Shown here piece by piece: positions 35,467 through 46,845 of a DNA stretch of 64,000 nt. Where the stretch lies: assembly GCF_026210795.1 (NCBI RefSeq), contig NC_089435.1, positions 1,302,001 through 1,366,000 on the forward strand, in the 5' to 3' direction. A program made the translations under genes and the position numbers. Source of the DNA: Rhizophagus irregularis (lineage: Eukaryota). A model generated the notes under the pieces. The model was not told where the DNA came from, searched no databases, and saw only the letters and a list, made by a program, of their open reading frames with translations. Each line of letters begins with the position of its first letter. Position 1 is the first letter of the stretch.

Positions 35467-37557
35467 ATGTCAGGGTCGCAACCTAGGGTCCACGCCACTC
35501 GGTCAAGTACAAGACAGCAACAAGATAAAGAAGTTAACAAACCAGGACAACAGCAAACTCTTCAAGACTCGATACATAAACCAGTCTTCAATATCAATCC
35601 TATTATTCAGGATTGGCAACCTGCAAGTTCTCGTAAAACTAAAAGAAAAGATAAAGAAAAACAAGTTGAACAAAAACAACAGAAAAAACAACCTCGTTTG
35701 TCTTTTAGGCAACATAAATCTACTGAAAAAACTACTGATGATATGGATATTAATCAAGATACTTTTGCTTCTTCATCTGAAAGCGGTGGCGCAGCAAAAT
35801 CCAATACAGATAATCAAGTAACACCAGAAAATCTAGATGCACCAATTGATGGTGAAAAAAATGATGAAATGATCGTCGACAATGGAAAAATTGATAATCA
35901 AACAGATGATCAATCTTTTAATAAGGATAATCAGAAAAATGGTGATACTAATGACATAATTAGTGATAATCATTCAGAAATTTTTAATAAGGCTAAACCT
36001 ATTTTAGTTAAAATCAAAAAAGATTCTATTCCAGGAAACAATATTATTCAAAAAAAGTTTAATTTGAGAAAACAACTAGCTGGAATTAATGTTACCCTGG
36101 CCGGGGGAGTTATCTTAAATAAGAAAGAACCCGAATTTATCATTTTACCAATCATGAAAAATGATTATGATAAAATTATTAATCTAGAAATTGATATTAT
36201 TGATGATGAACAGTCACATGAAAATGGTGAAGATGCAGAGTCGAGTACTAATAGTAAGGTTAAGGAAATAATAAAATTTACACCATATCAAAAAACTAAA
36301 AAAGTTTTTACTGAAGAAGAAATTAAAGATAGAAATTGTAGAACGATTAAAGTTATAAATATTCCAATTGAAATTCCTAATTATCAAATTAGAGCTGTAT
36401 TTAACAAATATGGTGAAATAGAAGAAAATGGCTTTTATACCAGAATTAGAAATTTATATATTCAAGCTTTTATTACATATAAAAAAGAAGAAAGTCTACA
36501 AAAATTTTACAAAGGCATATGGTCAGAATGGATTGGAAAACATCAAGTACTTATTGTGCCAAAAATTTTGTCAGAAGATGAAATAGAAAAAAGATCAATG
36601 TATACAGTTAAATTAACTGGATTACCATGGAATTCAACTGCTTATGATATACATGAAGCTTTAGAAGTTAACAATCCTAAGTATATTTTTATACCACGTA
36701 ATCCAAATAATAATAAACCATTGAATTATGCAATAGTTTATTATGAAAATGATGAAGATATAGGTATTGCAGCAGAAAGAAATATTATTTTTTGTAATAG
36801 AACGCTTCATTGGGGAACTCCAGGTGAAAAATCATGCCATAGATGTGGTTCCTTTGATCATTTAATTAGTAAGTGTGATATTGAACCATCTGCTAAACCA
36901 CGTGTAATGAATAGAAAGCAAAAGCTTAAGGAGTTTCGTCAAGAAAATAACAAGAAGTTTAAAAAAGGCAGTTATGCAAATGTAACAAAACAAAATTCAT
37001 TTGAAAAACGTCAGCAAAGTAATAATTCAAATAATTATTCTAAATATAATAATGGAAATATTAATAGATATTGGAATAAAAATATTTCACGTAATAGAAA
37101 TAATAACGTTAATGAAAAGTCACTTGATCAAGGAATTTTCACGCAAATTAAACAACTTAATGAGAATTTGAATAAATTAGCTAATGATTTCAAAAAAATC
37201 CAACAAGAAAACTATCGTATTAAATCTGAATTTTATAAATATAAAGAAAATAAGTCTACAACAAGTTCAGGAAAAAATATTAAAGTCAATCAAGATAGAA
37301 GTACAATCGCCTTACAAAATGAGAATAACAAAAGATCAAGAGTTGATAATGAACAACTTGAAGCCTCAGGATCTTCAGATATAGAAAATAGTTTAAACAA
37401 ACAAAATAACGAAATTAATAGATTCGGTGATGCTTTATCAACTATGAGTAAAAATATCTCAAAAATTATGGAATATTTTACTTCTGACAATAATAATGAC
37501 GTTAATAATTTTCAAGGGGATAAAATTATTGACAATAATGAATCCCATGAGGATTAA
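35467..37557 (+). CDS. LINE ORF1: two RRM-like domains, CCHC zinc knuckle, coiled coil
   Basis: First ATG at 35467; RTIKVINIP..FNKYGEI..AFITY; VKLTGLP..YAIVYY; CHRCGSFDHLISKC; heptad-like IKQLNENLNKLANDF. Confidence 0.88.
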   Translation: MSGSQPRVHATRSSTRQQQDKEVNKPGQQQTLQDSIHKPVFNINPIIQDWQPASSRKTKRKDKEKQVEQKQQKKQPRLSFRQHKSTEKTTDDMDINQDTFASSSESGGAAKSNTDNQVTPENLDAPIDGEKNDEMIVDNGKIDNQTDDQSFNKDNQKNGDTNDIISDNHSEIFNKAKPILVKIKKDSIPGNNIIQKKFNLRKQLAGINVTLAGGVILNKKEPEFIILPIMKNDYDKIINLEIDIIDDEQSHENGEDAESSTNSKVKEIIKFTPYQKTKKVFTEEEIKDRNCRTIKVINIPIEIPNYQIRAVFNKYGEIEENGFYTRIRNLYIQAFITYKKEESLQKFYKGIWSEWIGKHQVLIVPKILSEDEIEKRSMYTVKLTGLPWNSTAYDIHEALEVNNPKYIFIPRNPNNNKPLNYAIVYYENDEDIGIAAERNIIFCNRTLHWGTPGEKSCHRCGSFDHLISKCDIEPSAKPRVMNRKQKLKEFRQENNKKFKKGSYANVTKQNSFEKRQQSNNSNNYSKYNNGNINRYWNKNISRNRNNNVNEKSLDQGIFTQIKQLNENLNKLANDFKKIQQENYRIKSEFYKYKENKSTTSSGKNIKVNQDRSTIALQNENNKRSRVDNEQLEASGSSDIENSLNKQNNEINRFGDALSTMSKNISKIMEYFTSDNNNDVNNFQGDKIIDNNESHED

Positions 37558-37581
37558 ATACCCCTTTAAATATTATTTTTA

Positions 37582-40500
37582 ATGATGAACAATAAAAAAA
37601 CACATTCTTTTAAGAAAAAACATTATAATAATCCTTCCCCTGTTAATCAAAAATCACGTTCAAATTTAAATAATCAACAAATTTATCGTCCGAAAACACG
37701 TCAACGACTCAATTTATCAGATATAATTAAAATAGCTTCATTGAATATTAAAGGTATAACTGATGTTAAAAAACAATTCTTAATTGATATATTAGGTGAA
37801 TATAATATAACTATTTTGGGTCTATCAGAAACTAATATATCAAACAAAATGGCAAAACATTCTTTTAATTTTTATAGAAATAATTATGTTACTTATTTTG
37901 CAAATGAGGAAACTAATTATAGGGGAAATGGTGTAGGTCTTATTATTAAGAAAAATTATGCACGGCATATAGTCAATTATAATAGCTTCAAAGGAAGAAT
38001 TATATATGTTAATTTTATTTTTAGTGGAAATAAAAAAATGAGAATCATTAATTATTATGGAAAATCTGGACGAGTTACTTTAGATAATTTTAATCAAGAA
38101 GTTAAAATTTATTTTGATAAAATCAAAGAATTGGTTAGAGAAAGTAAAGCACAAAATGCAGAAATTATTCTTCTTGGTGATTTTAATCTTCATTATGAAA
38201 AATATCTGGATGATAAAAATAATAATCGTAAAATGAAAAAAGAACATAAACTTTTTGAATGGATTGAAGATGAACAAAATTTTTATGATCCTTTCTATAT
38301 CATGTTCGATAATTTATCACAACATTCCTTAAATACTTTCTATCCTTTTAATACAAATCAAAATCCTTCTAGAATAGATTACATTTGGGTAACAGAAAAT
38401 TTATTTTCAGAAACACAAGAATGCAAAATTGTTAATACAACAACAATTAATACTGATCATAGAATGTTAGTGTATTCAATATGGTCAGAAGATTTGATTG
38501 GAAATATTGCTAATATCAAACGGAAGGAAGGATTTAAAGAAGTTTATAAGTATGATAAAATGGATGGAGAGCAATGGGAATTATTTCAGAATGATCTTAA
38601 TAAATACATTTCAAATTCAGAAATTTTAAAATTTAATTTTAACGATAAAAATAATATTAATCATATATGGGATAAGATCAAAAAAGGTCTTGTTCAAGCT
38701 AGTAAAAATTGTATTCCAATAGAAAAAATCAAATTAACTAAAAGTCAAGTCAACCCAATGAAAATATCTAATGCATATAAAGTAATGAAATTTTTAATAA
38801 ATTTCAGACGTTCAATTAAAGATTCAAGAAAAAGAAATCATGTGATCAGAAATTGGATTACATATAGAAAAAAATTATTGGAAATTGGAAGAGAAAAAAG
38901 TGATTATTGTTGGAATAAAATTCCTAAGGATGATAAAAGTGTCAAGGAAATTTTTGAAGAAATAAAAAATTTATATCAAATTTATTTAATCCTATATAAT
39001 CACGATCTTTTACAATTCAAAGAAGAAAAAATTAAACTAGCAATTGACCAACGCTGTGAAGATTTATTAGAAAATCAAAAACGTATGATTAATAGTGTAA
39101 TGGAACGTGAAATTAAATCCATTGTATTAGACAGAGTTCTAATTAAAGAAAATAATGAAGATAAATTAATCACTGATGAAGAAAAAATAAAAGATATTGT
39201 AAACGATCATTTTCAAAATATTGCAGGATCAACAAACCAACCTAAGATTTTATCAGAATATTGGGCAAAATTTTATTTTCCTCAAGATGAAATTAATGAT
39301 AAAATTTATAAAGATTTGATGGTAGAGCCTACAAATGATGAATTGAATGAAGCTTTAAATAAATTATCAAATAATAAAGCTTCTGGACCTACGGGTATTA
39401 GTAATGAAATGTTGAAACACGCATCTCCAGAATTTAAAGAAATTATTAGAAAATTAATTATTTTAATTTTTAATAATCAAGAGATACCATTAGAATGGAA
39501 ATATGCTAATGTTTATCCTATACCGAAACCAAAGCCATGGGGTTGTCAACTAGTTAATACACGCCCAATAACTTTGTTGGAAACGGCTAGGAAATTAATG
39601 GTATCAATAATGAATGCAAGATTATCAACAATTCTTCAGAAAAACAAAATTCTTAAAGGTTTACAATTTGCTGGATTGCCTTTCAGTTCAACTTTTGAAC
39701 CATTAAGGATTATTAATGAAATAATTCAAGATGCTAATGAGAATGATAAGGAACTGTGGATTTTATCATTAGACATGTCAAAAGCATATGATCGTGTTAA
39801 TATTTTTATGTTAGAAAAAGCTATGCAACGTCTTAAAATACCAAGTTCTTTTATTAATTTAACAAAAGAGTTATTTTTAGGACGGAAAAATAGTGTATTT
39901 ACAGCAGGAGGATTAAGTAATCCATATGATGTAATGGTTGGAATCGATCAAGGGGAAATAATCTCACCACTTTTGTGGTGTATATATTATGATCCACTTC
40001 TTACTGCCATACAGCAAGAACACTTTGGATATCGTGTAAAAGCAAAAAAGAAAATCAATTTATATGAAAATATAGAGGTAGAAGTAAAACAAAACATTAC
40101 CAGCATGGCATATATGGATGATACTAATATGTTAGCTGGCAATAAAGAAGAATTAGAAAAAATATTAAAAACGGCTGATGACTTCTATACTCTTAACGAT
40201 ATTCAAATAAATAAAGAAAAATCTGAATTGTTACTTAAGAAAAAGAATTTTAATTTTAATGAAAAAATAGAGTTAGAATTTGGCAATCAGAAAATCAAAA
40301 TCAAACCTAAAGGAAAAACAGAAAGTCTTAGAATCTTGGGTGTTTGGTTCAATATATATAATGATAACAATTTTATCAAACAACAAGCCTTTGATGAAGT
40401 TAAAAATTTAAGTAATAACCTGCTGAAGAACAAATGCATAACAGATAAAATTAGTTCCTATATTTTTAATGCTGTAATATTACCACGTATCGAATATAGG

Positions 40501-43086
40501 ACACAAACGATAATACTATCAGAAAAAGATTGTGAAAAAATTATGGTTCCTTATAGAAAAAATTTTAAAAATAAATTAAAGTTAGCTTCAACTGCACCAA
40601 ATATAATTATGGAATTGAATTTATTATATAATATTCGTTCAATTTTTGATAATCAATTGCAAGCTAAGGTTAATAATTTTATAATTCAAATTAATGATCA
40701 AGGAATTCTAGGAAAAATAATGGAAATTCGTTTAGTAGATATTCAAAATAAACTACTTTTACCTTTCAATCCTTTAATTAATTTTCCTTTTTCTAATAAA
40801 GATTTAATCTTTATGGGTCAACATTTGCGAAATAATTTTATTATTAATAATTTATTATTAATGAAAAGTTATAATTTTAGTATAGAATTTAATAAACACA
40901 ATATTGGGAAAAATAGTACTGTATTAGGAAGGGGTCGTCATATTATGGAAATTGTTGGAACTGAAAGTTTTTTGAAAAATATAAAAATTTTACGTATGAA
41001 TAATTTATACTTTTTGGACCAATTTTTATCTCCTGATAACAAAACTCTTCTGACATGGTGGAATATAAAAAATAAGATATTTGCTCTTAGTAATAATAGA
41101 AATAGTAATGTAGTTAATACGCCAAATATATATAAAAAAATTCAGTCTTTAGTTACAACTAATGGAAAAAATTATAATGTTAAAGAGGAATATATAGATA
41201 ATAATGTAGTCACAAATTTGGGTGGTTATGAATTTTTACCAATTAATATTCATATTAATAATATTATAACATCTTTTAATATGTTTCATTTTGAAAATAT
41301 TTATGGAAAAATAATTGAAGAAAAGCCCTTTACATATATTTTTGAACATTTTAAAAGAATATCAGACACAAGTGAAATTAATTTGTTTATTAAAGTATGT
41401 AATGGTTGTGAATATAATATTGGTCAAATAGAGGGTAAATGTATAATAGAATCAATGAAAACTGAAATATATGAAGTGAGATATAAAAGACTTATTAAAT
41501 GGAAGGGATATAAGGCATATCTTCTAAAGGAAGCACAACATAATTATATGGAAAATATTATAAGATATGATCAATTTTTTAAACGAAACCCTTTATATTA
41601 CTCTTCATATGATAATTATCAATTACGTTTTGATGAAAATAGTTTAGATATTATTGAAAAATATATAGATTTATCATTAGATAAACAGAAATTATTTGAT
41701 TCAAGAAAAATTTTATATGATTCAAACATTAAAGATTTTGTTTGCTATACAGATGGTTCAATTAAAGATATTACCAAAGAATATGTATCAGCTACTTTTG
41801 GAACAACTTTTTATAATTTGTCCTTGCAAAAAATTTTGGAATTAATATCATCTTATAATAATTGGATTTCATCAACACGTGCAGAAATTTTTGCTTTATT
41901 AATTACTTTGCTAATAGCACCTTCTAATAGTAATTTAACAGTTTATACAGATAGTGCTAGCGTTATTAGTAATTTTGAAAAATTTAAATTTTATAATTTT
42001 ACTTTAGTTACTAGACAAATTTTTAAAATTAGTAATAACAACATTCTTTGGAAAATAATTATGGATATTATTAAAGAAAATAATTTATCTGTTAATATAT
42101 TTAAAGTTAATGCTCATACAGATGATTCTTTAAATAATTATGTCGACAATATTGTTTCTTTGGCACATAATGATCAAAATTTAGGAATTAATTTAAATTA
42201 TAATAATTTTTATGATCTTCCTTGGATTCCCAAATGGAATGGCATAGTTATAGAAAAATCTTTAAGAAAGTTAATTACATTAACAACCAATACGAAAAAT
42301 TTGGAAAGGTTTTTAAATTTAAATAGAAATGATAAGTATAGAAAATGTGAAATAGATTGGTCAATTTTTTTTAATAATTTTTTGGGAGAAAAACAAAAAT
42401 TATACACTGATTTCAAAGAATCAAAAATTAGAAGACGCAAAATTCAGTTGATGATTGAAGAACTTCCTTGCATTGAACAAATTAAAAGAACTTTATTTTC
42501 ATTATATAAAGAAAGGTTTTGTCCTATGTGTGAAGAGGATGAAGAAGATTTCAATCATATCTGGTTTTGTGAAGAAAGACGAGAGGATATGGATGATTTA
42601 ATTTCAGGAGTACAAAATTGGCTTCTTTTAGAAATTAATAAAATTTTAGATCCTATTAATCATATTACTCTTGAACATATTAAAAATCTCAATGATATTT
42701 GGAAACTTGAAGTATCAGAGGATCACATAACTTTTATAGATTTAATTAAAGGTTTCTTTCCTTGTTCGTTAATTAATTTTTTTAAACAATTATTATCTAC
42801 GAAATCAAAAGTTGAAATTTTGTCATATAATTTTAGGAATGAAATTTTGGATAAATCTATGATTTTTTGGAAAGTGAGGTGTAATAAACTTAATGAAATT
42901 GATAGAGGTTTGGGAATTGATAAAAATGTTAAAAAACAACATTTTGGTAAAGAGCAGTTTATTGACAAAACGCGTAAATCAAAAAATAAGAAATACTTTA
43001 ATCTACAAAGTCTTCAAAGTCATATTTATTTTGGGGGTAATACAATAGATTACTATAATATTGTTGATTACGGTAGTGTTTCGTAG
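37582..43086 (+). CDS. LINE ORF2: AP-type endonuclease, reverse transcriptase, RNase H, C-terminal CCHC
   Basis: APE: SLNIKG, LGLSET, GDFN, SRIDYI, TDH. RT: KASGPTGI, RPITLL, LDMSKAYDRV, QGEIISP, YMDD. RNase H: YTDGS, RAEIFA, YTDS, KVNAH, NNYVD. C-terminus: CPMC..HIWFC. Confidence 0.97.
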   Translation: MMNNKKTHSFKKKHYNNPSPVNQKSRSNLNNQQIYRPKTRQRLNLSDIIKIASLNIKGITDVKKQFLIDILGEYNITILGLSETNISNKMAKHSFNFYRNNYVTYFANEETNYRGNGVGLIIKKNYARHIVNYNSFKGRIIYVNFIFSGNKKMRIINYYGKSGRVTLDNFNQEVKIYFDKIKELVRESKAQNAEIILLGDFNLHYEKYLDDKNNNRKMKKEHKLFEWIEDEQNFYDPFYIMFDNLSQHSLNTFYPFNTNQNPSRIDYIWVTENLFSETQECKIVNTTTINTDHRMLVYSIWSEDLIGNIANIKRKEGFKEVYKYDKMDGEQWELFQNDLNKYISNSEILKFNFNDKNNINHIWDKIKKGLVQASKNCIPIEKIKLTKSQVNPMKISNAYKVMKFLINFRRSIKDSRKRNHVIRNWITYRKKLLEIGREKSDYCWNKIPKDDKSVKEIFEEIKNLYQIYLILYNHDLLQFKEEKIKLAIDQRCEDLLENQKRMINSVMEREIKSIVLDRVLIKENNEDKLITDEEKIKDIVNDHFQNIAGSTNQPKILSEYWAKFYFPQDEINDKIYKDLMVEPTNDELNEALNKLSNNKASGPTGISNEMLKHASPEFKEIIRKLIILIFNNQEIPLEWKYANVYPIPKPKPWGCQLVNTRPITLLETARKLMVSIMNARLSTILQKNKILKGLQFAGLPFSSTFEPLRIINEIIQDANENDKELWILSLDMSKAYDRVNIFMLEKAMQRLKIPSSFINLTKELFLGRKNSVFTAGGLSNPYDVMVGIDQGEIISPLLWCIYYDPLLTAIQQEHFGYRVKAKKKINLYENIEVEVKQNITSMAYMDDTNMLAGNKEELEKILKTADDFYTLNDIQINKEKSELLLKKKNFNFNEKIELEFGNQKIKIKPKGKTESLRILGVWFNIYNDNNFIKQQAFDEVKNLSNNLLKNKCITDKISSYIFNAVILPRIEYRTQTIILSEKDCEKIMVPYRKNFKNKLKLASTAPNIIMELNLLYNIRSIFDNQLQAKVNNFIIQINDQGILGKIMEIRLVDIQNKLLLPFNPLINFPFSNKDLIFMGQHLRNNFIINNLLLMKSYNFSIEFNKHNIGKNSTVLGRGRHIMEIVGTESFLKNIKILRMNNLYFLDQFLSPDNKTLLTWWNIKNKIFALSNNRNSNVVNTPNIYKKIQSLVTTNGKNYNVKEEYIDNNVVTNLGGYEFLPINIHINNIITSFNMFHFENIYGKIIEEKPFTYIFEHFKRISDTSEINLFIKVCNGCEYNIGQIEGKCIIESMKTEIYEVRYKRLIKWKGYKAYLLKEAQHNYMENIIRYDQFFKRNPLYYSSYDNYQLRFDENSLDIIEKYIDLSLDKQKLFDSRKILYDSNIKDFVCYTDGSIKDITKEYVSATFGTTFYNLSLQKILELISSYNNWISSTRAEIFALLITLLIAPSNSNLTVYTDSASVISNFEKFKFYNFTLVTRQIFKISNNNILWKIIMDIIKENNLSVNIFKVNAHTDDSLNNYVDNIVSLAHNDQNLGINLNYNNFYDLPWIPKWNGIVIEKSLRKLITLTTNTKNLERFLNLNRNDKYRKCEIDWSIFFNNFLGEKQKLYTDFKESKIRRRKIQLMIEELPCIEQIKRTLFSLYKERFCPMCEEDEEDFNHIWFCEERREDMDDLISGVQNWLLLEINKILDPINHITLEHIKNLNDIWKLEVSEDHITFIDLIKGFFPCSLINFFKQLLSTKSKVEILSYNFRNEILDKSMIFWKVRCNKLNEIDRGLGIDKNVKKQHFGKEQFIDKTRKSKNKKYFNLQSLQSHIYFGGNTIDYYNIVDYGSVS

Positions 43087-43428
43087 TATTATTTTTATTA
43101 TCTTTTGATGTTGTAGTAGTAATTAAAGGAGTTGTGGTGAGTTTTTATATAACATTACCGAAGTCCATACGAATAGTAGTAGTTATGCGGATAGTTTAGT
43201 GAACCTATTTGGGTGAGCAGGATGGTAGATAGTTCTTTTGAACATAAAATCTTAAGTCCCTAATAATATTATAGTACTAGTTCGATCGTGTTCTTTACTA
43301 AATGTTATATAATGTAGATCTTTTCCTTTTTTGTAATTTTTCTTATTTCTAAATAAAGTTGACTTCGTTAAAAAAAAAAAAAAAATTAAAACAAAAAACT
43401 ACTGTAACCATCTTTAACTTACTTAGTA

Positions 43429-43556
43429 CATATCGGCTGATCAGAAAAGCCCCCTATAATTTTATATTTTACATTAAGTAACCCATCAGTTATATAATGA
43501 ATCAATAAACTGAGCTTAAATATTAATTGGCTTGGTTTTTCCAATCAGCCGATATG
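43429..43556. mobile_element. Possible 128-bp MITE
   Basis: 13-bp perfect inverted repeat CATATCGGCTGAT / ATCAGCCGATATG, extending imperfectly inward; no clear TSD. Confidence 0.45.
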
Positions 43557-44639
43557 ATTACATTATAATATAAATTTTTCTATTTAAACAAACTCATTGG
43601 TCTCGGTGCGAAGCTGCTAGTTATAAACTAAAAAAACAATTATAAAAGAAAGAATTTATAAATTTTACATTATGTTTTATCATAAAACAAGTTCAAAATA
43701 AATAAAATAAATTATATTTATATTTCATATATTTTACATTTACATTTTATAGTCCTAACTCCCCTTTAAACATGAACTATTGTTAAATATTAAAAATAAC
43801 TATCGATACTCATTGACATATTGATTATTAGTCAGCAGGTTATGTCGGATCATTAAAATTACAGCAAACGCGTATTTATTATGCAAACTTTATTGTGGCG
43901 TAATTTTAATAAGCAAATCAAAAAAAATTATTAGAGGAAACATTACTAACATTTCCTATATTTTTTTTGTAGTTTGGCATGTTCGGAATACTGAAAACAG
44001 TAAGTTTTGACACGTCGAAACTTAAAAAAAAAAAAATTTTAAAAAAAATTTCTTGATACTTTTTTTTCGACTTTGGAAAATGAAATAAGTTTTGAAGCAT
44101 CATTTTCACTAAAAATAATCTAAGTATCAGTGACCACCTTTGATGGTATAAGTGACGTGTAACTTTGTTTTTAAGCAAAAATGGTTAGAAGACTCAGTTT
44201 TAATCGTAGAGCAACAACACGTTCTTAGAGAGTCTATTAGAAGGTCAAGGAGAAGGGACCAATGACAAATCCAAGGTATGTATGACACATCTTTGGCGTA
44301 TTTACGTAGCGGCAACCAGCGGCGTTTGCGTTGGAGGTAGTCTTATCATTTGTATCTTTACGTGTTTATCATAAATTTCGTTTCACCTTGTCTACCATGT
44401 AGGTCTTGACCTTGTAGACATTGCAGACATTAAAAGCACTCGTGATATTGATGATGTACTCAGTTTTACTGACCATACATTAGCTAACATTTCTAGGGAA
44501 CCCACTCTCTTATTTAGAGGCTACCGCTGGTTCTGGCTTTAGATGCCATTATATGAAAAGATACGATAATGTAAATAATAGTGGTGTGTGTAAATTTGTG
44601 TAACTTAGTTTTTAAGTAAAATGGAAAAATTTTTTTCTA

Positions 44640-45030
44640 ATTTCTTCTTTTTAGGAAACATTACTAATGTTTCCTATATATTTTTGTAGGCGTGTTTGGT
44701 AAGTCTAAAAAAAACAAAAATATCTTTTTTAAATTTCTTTTTAGGAAACGTTTCTAACGTTTCCTATATTTTTTTTGTGTAGGACCTTCGGAATGTTCAA
44801 TTTTGGGATCTTGGATATAGCAAGTTTCGAAGTGAATCATGAAACTTTAATTTTTTTTTTAATTTTTTATTAGAAAACATTTTTTAAACGTTTCCTTCAT
44901 CCTTTTTGTAGGACCAGAGAGTTCAGAACGGATTTGTAAGTTTTGTAGCATTTCGTTTCATTACGAAACTTAATAATATTTTTTTTATATTAGGAAACTC
45001 TTACTAATGTTTCCTTTGGTCTTTTTTAGT
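44640..45030 (+). repeat. Array of paralogous intron-like units with hairpin-embedded branch point
   Basis: Introns 44699-44782, 44820-44911 (GC donor) and 44936-45029, plus an acceptor at 44689. Each has TAGGAAAC..(CTAA)..GTTTCCT or a degenerate version of it before a poly-Y/TAG; another copy at 43933-43972. Confidence 0.65.
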
Positions 45031-45548
45031 TTTGACAAACTTAATATTGGAAAAGGGTCTTTTTTTTTGTAGGCCTAGATTTTCTCTTTCGGCTCTGGAT
45101 TTTTCTTTTGTAGGTCAACTTGGATGGTTAATAGGTAACTTTGACCTGGATTTTTTTCAAAACTTTAAGTCTATTTTAATTAAAGAATCAGGTTACTTTA
45201 ATAATTTTGGAGGTTCGTTCTTTGGAGGAGTGAGTATGGTCGTATGGTTATGTGAAAGCTGACTCTTTTAAACTTGGCCTTTTATTTAAAAATAGTTTAC
45301 TAACTGTTTTTCAATTTTTCTTTTCTATAAGATCGGCTTTGGATTGGATCATTAACCAAATGTAAAATTGAGTTGTAATAATGTACAATATCTTTATTAT
45401 TCCGTGATATAACCTCGTGATATAACCTGTCAATGAAAGGTGAAATTACTGTTGATGAAACAATTGTAGGTGAAATAATCCTGTCCGTAAAATAACTGTA
45501 AGTGGATTGATTTTCAGTGTGACGATATTCGGTGAAATAAATGCATCC

Positions 45549-46099
45549 CTAAAGATAATTCTGGAAGTATAGGGAATACAACTTTTTTAATAGCTGCTTG
45601 ATTTCGTGATGAATGGTTATATATTGGGCGATAAGAAGTTCTTTCATCTTTTCATCTTTTGCACTTTCATCAACAAAGATTAACCGTTCAGATTGAAAAT
45701 ACATTCTGAAGTTCATAATATAATATCTACACAAAATATCATTTCTTTGCAGCTTTTTCTAGCTTTAAAAGAGTAATTGTTAAAATATAGAATAAATAAA
45801 CTAACTGTTTTCATGTAGTAATTCCACAATATATCAAAGATGTTGTAATTGAAACAAAATTTCCCGTTTTTAATGCCATTTATTAAAAAAAATTTTTTTC
45901 ATCCCAGTACTTTTTCTCCTAAATCTTTTGACATTATTCCAAAGTAAATAATAGTTTATATATCAACAATTCAAAATTGTGTTTTGCACTTTTTTTTTGT
46001 TTTTTTCGCTTATATACAATAATCTTTTACAGAAAAACCTTCATCACACAGATATATAATTCGTCATTTCAAATCCTCCTCACTAAAAGCTTTTGCCAT
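45549..46099 (-). pseudogene. Tc1/IS630-family transposase remnant
   Basis: MAKAFSEEDLK*RIIYLCDEGFS (HTH-like start with in-frame stop) and ERLIFVDESAKDE (first catalytic D motif); frameshifted and truncated. Confidence 0.7.
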
Positions 46100-46539
46100 A
46101 GTGTTAAAGAATATGTTAAATATAAAAACAAATGAAATGTTCTATAGATCTAGATGTTACACAAGATTCAAATTATTGATCGTGATTCAAATTCAAAACA
46201 ACTTTTATATCTAAAGGCACACTTTTAAACATTTCTTAAAGAATTAACTAATGCCTTCTCTACTTCTTTACCTTAAAGTCCGGTATTCCTACAAAAATAA
46301 TAATAGAAGTGAAACGTTAATACGTTACTATAATAAATAAAATAAAATAAAAATTTTTTACCTCCAAGACTGGTTTGTCCTAACAGGTATTCCTACAAAA
46401 AAAAAAAAGAAACACTAAATTAATAATATTTTGATTTGTCAAATATATCTTAGTACTTTAGTAGTAGTTCGAGTTCGAGAAATGAGAAAAAAAATGACTA
46501 ATTTTAATAAAAGTTTAAGTTTGACATTATTAAACTCGA

Positions 46540-46845
46540 CTGTTATTTAAATGATGAAAAAGAAATAACTCAACAACATGTCGATGGTAGGTGAAAATTT
46601 TACGTAATAACGAACAATTAACAATTTTAATACTATTTTAATTCTATTTACTTATCTTACAGATGATGACGAAGTATATAATAATTCAAATCTTCATTCA
46701 AAAGAACAAGATGAACTGGAAATTCCTGATGGTAAGCTCTTAAAAAAGATAAATTTCTTTATAAAGCAAATAATTAATTTATAATTTGTTATTTTTTATC
46801 TTTAAATGGATTTTAAATTGACTTTTGATAAATCAAATCATATAT
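46540..46845 (+). pseudogene. Orphan copy of the last three exons of the adjacent kinase gene
   Basis: Near-identical to 49670-49990 (DEKEITQQHVD / DDEVYNN.NLHSKEQDELEIPD / GF*), but two acceptor AGs are lost. Confidence 0.85.

Larger units (their letters stand above)
35353..43383 (+). mobile_element. Full-length non-LTR retrotransposon (LINE) with RNase H
   Basis: Two intact ORFs, AATAAA at 43352-43357, poly(A) 43370-43383, perfect 21-bp TSD AATTAAAACAAAAAACTACTG at 35332-35352 and 43384-43404. Confidence 0.96.

Noticed and set aside
35503..42968. Short antisense and nested ORFs within the LINE
   Set aside because: Shadows of the long ORFs, caused by codon bias.
43598..43621. Second Helitron 3' end (CGGTGCGAAGCTGCTAG|T)
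   Set aside because: Hairpin too degenerate to support a call.
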